Assembly (NCBI GenBank): GCA_964016885.1
Contig: OZ024742.1
Coordinates: 245,582,001-245,646,000 of the forward strand
Direction: 5' to 3'
DNA length: 64,000 nt
From: Eledone cirrhosa
Lineage: Eukaryota
Position 1 is the stretch's first letter; each line of letters opens with the position of its first letter. Of this stretch, positions 60,326 through 64,000 are shown in pieces. A model generated the notes under the pieces. That model was given only the letters and a program-made list of their open reading frames with translations, did not search any database and had not been told where the DNA came from. A program made the position numbers and the translations under genes.

Positions 60326-63105
60326 TCATCATCATCATCATCATCAGGTTTAGCGTCCGTGTTCCACGCTTGCATGGGTTTGGACGGAGGTTTTCCCACT
60401 TGAGGCAAGAGTGGTTGTCTTGCTCGCGTAGGACTGTCTGGCGGGTTTTCTACAGTTGGATGCCCTTCCTAACACCAACCACATTTACAGTGTGGGGCTG
60501 GGAGGTTTTTACCGTGTTGCCTACACGGCCACATTTACAGCGTGGACTGTGTGTTTTTTTGTCGTGACACCTACACGATCTCATTTGTTTCGGCCTGGAT
60601 GTTGTGGGACCAACATAACTTTACATTGAAAGGGGCGGTGTGGATGTGGTGGGGGTGGTGGGACCGGGGGGTGTTTTGATAGAGATGCCTACTGACTGTA
60701 GTAGGTTTTTACTTTGTATTTAGGTAAGGCGGGTCTTCTCTATTACTGAGTACCGCCAAAGGTCTCGGTCCAGTGACATTGTCTTGGAGAGGTGTAAGCG
60801 TGTGAGGTCGGAATTTATCAGCTCGTCCCATGTTTTTCTAGGTCTGCCTATTCCGTGACTACCGTCTATCTTTATTGCCCTGCACTTTGTTATACAGCTA
60901 TCGACTTTCATGCGCATCACGTGTCCATACCAACGTAGCCTTCTCTAGAGTAAACAACATCTGATCCCTCTTATTTCTAATTTTTTCCTTAGTTCGTTTA
61001 TGCTTTGCCGTTCACGTATATTACTATTGCACATCCAGCGGAGCATGCAAGCTTCGTTCCTCTCTAGTCTGCGTATATCCTCTGCACACAATGCCCAGGT
61101 CTCACTGCCATGCAGCATTGCTGTTTGTATGCAGGCATCGTATAACCTGCCTTTCATTTTTAGGGAGAACCCTCTAGCGGCTAATAGTGGTATAAGCTCT
61201 CTGAACTTTTTCCATCCAGTTCTGACTCTAGCTACTGTACTTTCAGAGCACCCTCCCCCACTGCTGATTTTGTCACCCAGGTAACGGAAGCTGTCCACTA
61301 TTTCTATAGAACCCTCTGCGCAGTTGAAGGAGCTAGTATTTTGTGGGCACTTGCTGCTACTTATTGCACCAGAGCACCGGCCACATGTAAAATCTATGTT
61401 CTTAGTTAGCTTACCTGTGATCCCACTACATCTTTTATGCACCCATACTTTGCATTTAGGACATAAAATGGAGTTTCTACCTACGCCTTTCCTACACACT
61501 GAGCATGGCCATTTCCCAGATGGGACTGCCGCCTTATTTTCTTTCCTACAAACTAGAACTTTAGTCTTAGCCAGGTTAATTTTAAGGCTTTTGATTCTAG
61601 GCCGTGCTTCCATGTTTGGAATTTCTTCTCTAGTTCGGTCATTGATTCAGCTATGAGCGTTAGATCATCTGCGTATAGGAGTTCCCATGGGCAGCCGGTC
61701 TTCAACTCCTCTGTTATAGTCTGAAGGGCAATAATAAATAGTAGGGGGCTAAGAACAGAGCCCTGATGGACACCAACTTTTACGCTAAACTCTTCACTAT
61801 ATTCGTTGTTAATTCTAACCTTACTGATTGTTTCTTTATACATGGCTTGTATAGCTCTCACAAGCCATTCGTCAACACCTAGTTTTCTAAGAGACCACCA
61901 GATAATGGAACGGGGGACTCTGTCGAAGGCTTTCTCCAAGTCGACGAAAGCTAAGTATAGGGGTTTACTTTTAGTTAGGTACTTCTCCTGTAGTTGTCGT
62001 ACAATGAAAAGAGCGTCTGTGGTACTTTTGCCTGACACAAATCCGAACTGCATTTCATCTAGATCAATTCTCTCTCTGATTAGTTGCGCTATTACTTTTT
62101 CCGTGACCTTCATGACCTGGTCGATTAATTTAATGCCTCTATAGTTACTCCTATCTAGGGCATCTCCTTTTCCCTTATAGCACTTAACGATGATACTGCT
62201 ACGCCAGTCCTTCGGAACAACCCCATTCTGTACGACTTGGTTAACTATCCGGGTGACCATGGTGTGTCCCACCGAACCAGATGCCTTCAGCATCTCAGCA
62301 ACTATTTCTGAAGGACCAGCCGCCTTACCCGTCTTCATATCTTTGATTGCCTTGCTTATTGTACTACCCTGGACTAACACTGCTGGTCCCTCTATTGGGT
62401 CGATGTGGGGAAGACTGTCTTTCTCCCATTTGTTCTCCTCATTTAGAAGCCTTTCGTAGTGACACTTCCAAGCTACCTTCTTATCAGCATCGGTGATGGC
62501 AAGTATGCCATCATCGTTAAGTACACACTTCTCCCCGACAATATCACGGTTTTCCTTGACACATTGCCTGGCAATCCTGAACACCTCACGTTTTTGGTCC
62601 TCACGTTGTAGAACATGCTTGAACTTTCTTTCCTCTGCTTCCCTTCTTGCGAAGTACACTTGTCTCCTAGCTTCCCTCCTGGCCACTTGATAGTCTTCTC
62701 TACTTCCCCCATCCCGCCATGCTTTCCAAGCCTGCTTTTTGGCCTTAATTGACTCCTCCACCTTACTGTTCCACCACCATGTTACTCTCCTCCTATCTAC
62801 AGGCCTGCTCCAGCCACAGACTTCGTCTGCCGCCGTCAGCAGGTTTGCTCTCAGGAATTCCCACTGTTCCTCTATATTATACGACTCTAATTGCTCTTCC
62901 TTACTGTTGAAAGCGTCAAGTAATATGCTTTGAAATTTATTTCTGGCTATGGGGTCCTTTAGCTTCCATATTTTTCTCTTGAGGATAGTCCTCTTCCGCT
63001 GTCTAGTACGTCTCGTCCTGACTATGAGGTCGCTAATTATCAGTCTATGTTGGGAGGTGAATTCTTCATGGGGGAGGGATATAGTGTTAACAACAGACAC
63101 TCTGT
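60323..63105 (-). mobile_element. 5'-truncated RTE-clade LINE with (GAT)n tail, inserted in (TA)n
   Basis: RT ORF remnants, a 3' UTR homologous to 7543-7905, (CAT)n at 60323-60346, and (TA)n on both flanks. Confidence 0.93.
60720..63100 (-). pseudogene. RTE reverse transcriptase with internal PHD-type zinc finger; one frameshift (about 61585) and one stop (60945)
   Basis: Motifs SQHRL (endonuclease end), NYRGIKL, QFGF, FVDLEKAFDRVPR, GVHQGSVLSP, YADD, KTKV, a C4HC3 finger, FRYLG and HGSETW. Confidence 0.92.
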
Positions 63106-63145
<40 letters not shown>

Positions 63146-64000
63146 GGGTGTGTGGCATTAAGGTATTACTTCACTTATAAGTAAGTCTAGCACTGTTTCC
63201 AGGGGGATATGAAAGCAGTTTTAGTCTGTCTTGCAAAATTTCTCTTACAGTTTCTAATAATAATAAGCTACAGTGAAGAAGAAATTTAATTTATGTCCAG
63301 AAACCATGTCTTATAAGAAATATCATTGAATCTTGGAATGGATCTCTGTTAGTTTCGGCAATGAGGTATACCACTTGTTCGATCAATGGAACTGCCTACT
63401 CATGAAAGTGGCTGAGCACTCCATAGACACATACCATATTTCCCAGCATCGTAGATGCTACTTTTTTCCTAAAATAAGTCTCAAAAATCTACCATGCGTC
63501 CTGGAGGCCGAAGGTTGTTTATTATTTTCTTTCAAATTTTTGGTTGTCAAAATTAGCGTTTGTCCTTGAGGACGAAGCGTCTTCGCCGCCAGAAAATATG
63601 GTACATCCTTAATGTAATTCTCAGAGAGATTTACCATGGCAGTGTATGACAAAGGTGAGTCTTTGAATTATAAGTACAGTCCAAATAGCTTCCATCTACC
63701 CAATTTCACTCACAAAGTTTCAGTTGACTCAAAACTATGGCAATTGCCATTTGTCCAAGATGACCTGATGTGGGATTGAATATGGGACCTTATGTTTTGG
63801 AAGTAAACTTCTTAACCATTTGGTCATCCTGTATCCACTCATTTAACAAAAATACATATTCTATCACCTTCATTTTATTTCTTACTGTTTATTTTTTTTA
63901 AGTTTGAAAGGTGGAAAGACAAATATAAAACACACAAGCAGCTCTTTAACCCTTTCATTACGATATTTTTCAGCCTATGACTTTCAAATCATTTTGAACA

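Overview
This is AT-rich, repeat-saturated animal genomic DNA, not prokaryotic. The SINE/LINE repertoire looks cephalopod (octopus-like); that assignment is an inference from remembered repeat sequences. I found one host gene, on the minus strand: a TMEM263-like small membrane protein gene. Two exons splice in frame with canonical sites (36993-36906 and 27502-27297). A plausible ATG exon lies at 57233-57192, with a CpG-richer putative promoter near 57300-58100. The rest is mostly mobile DNA: a near-complete CR1-clade LINE with an intact ORF2 plus truncated copies, a full-length DD37D (maT) Tc1/mariner element, a decayed mariner, RTE LINEs (one with a PHD-type zinc finger inside its RT), an L1/Tx1-like fragment with a 15-bp TSD, several tRNA-derived SINE families, TTAA-flanked MITEs and a 3.8-kb GA-rich satellite. 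The most notable signals are a correctly phased -1 slippery heptamer (G GGA AAC) joining CR1 ORF1 to an ATG-less ORF2, the PHD finger inside the RTE RT, the maT transposase with a single catalytic D-to-N change, and a cluster of fold-back inverted repeats. I cannot support a wholly new biological system from the sequence alone. Repeat boundaries were read by eye and are approximate.
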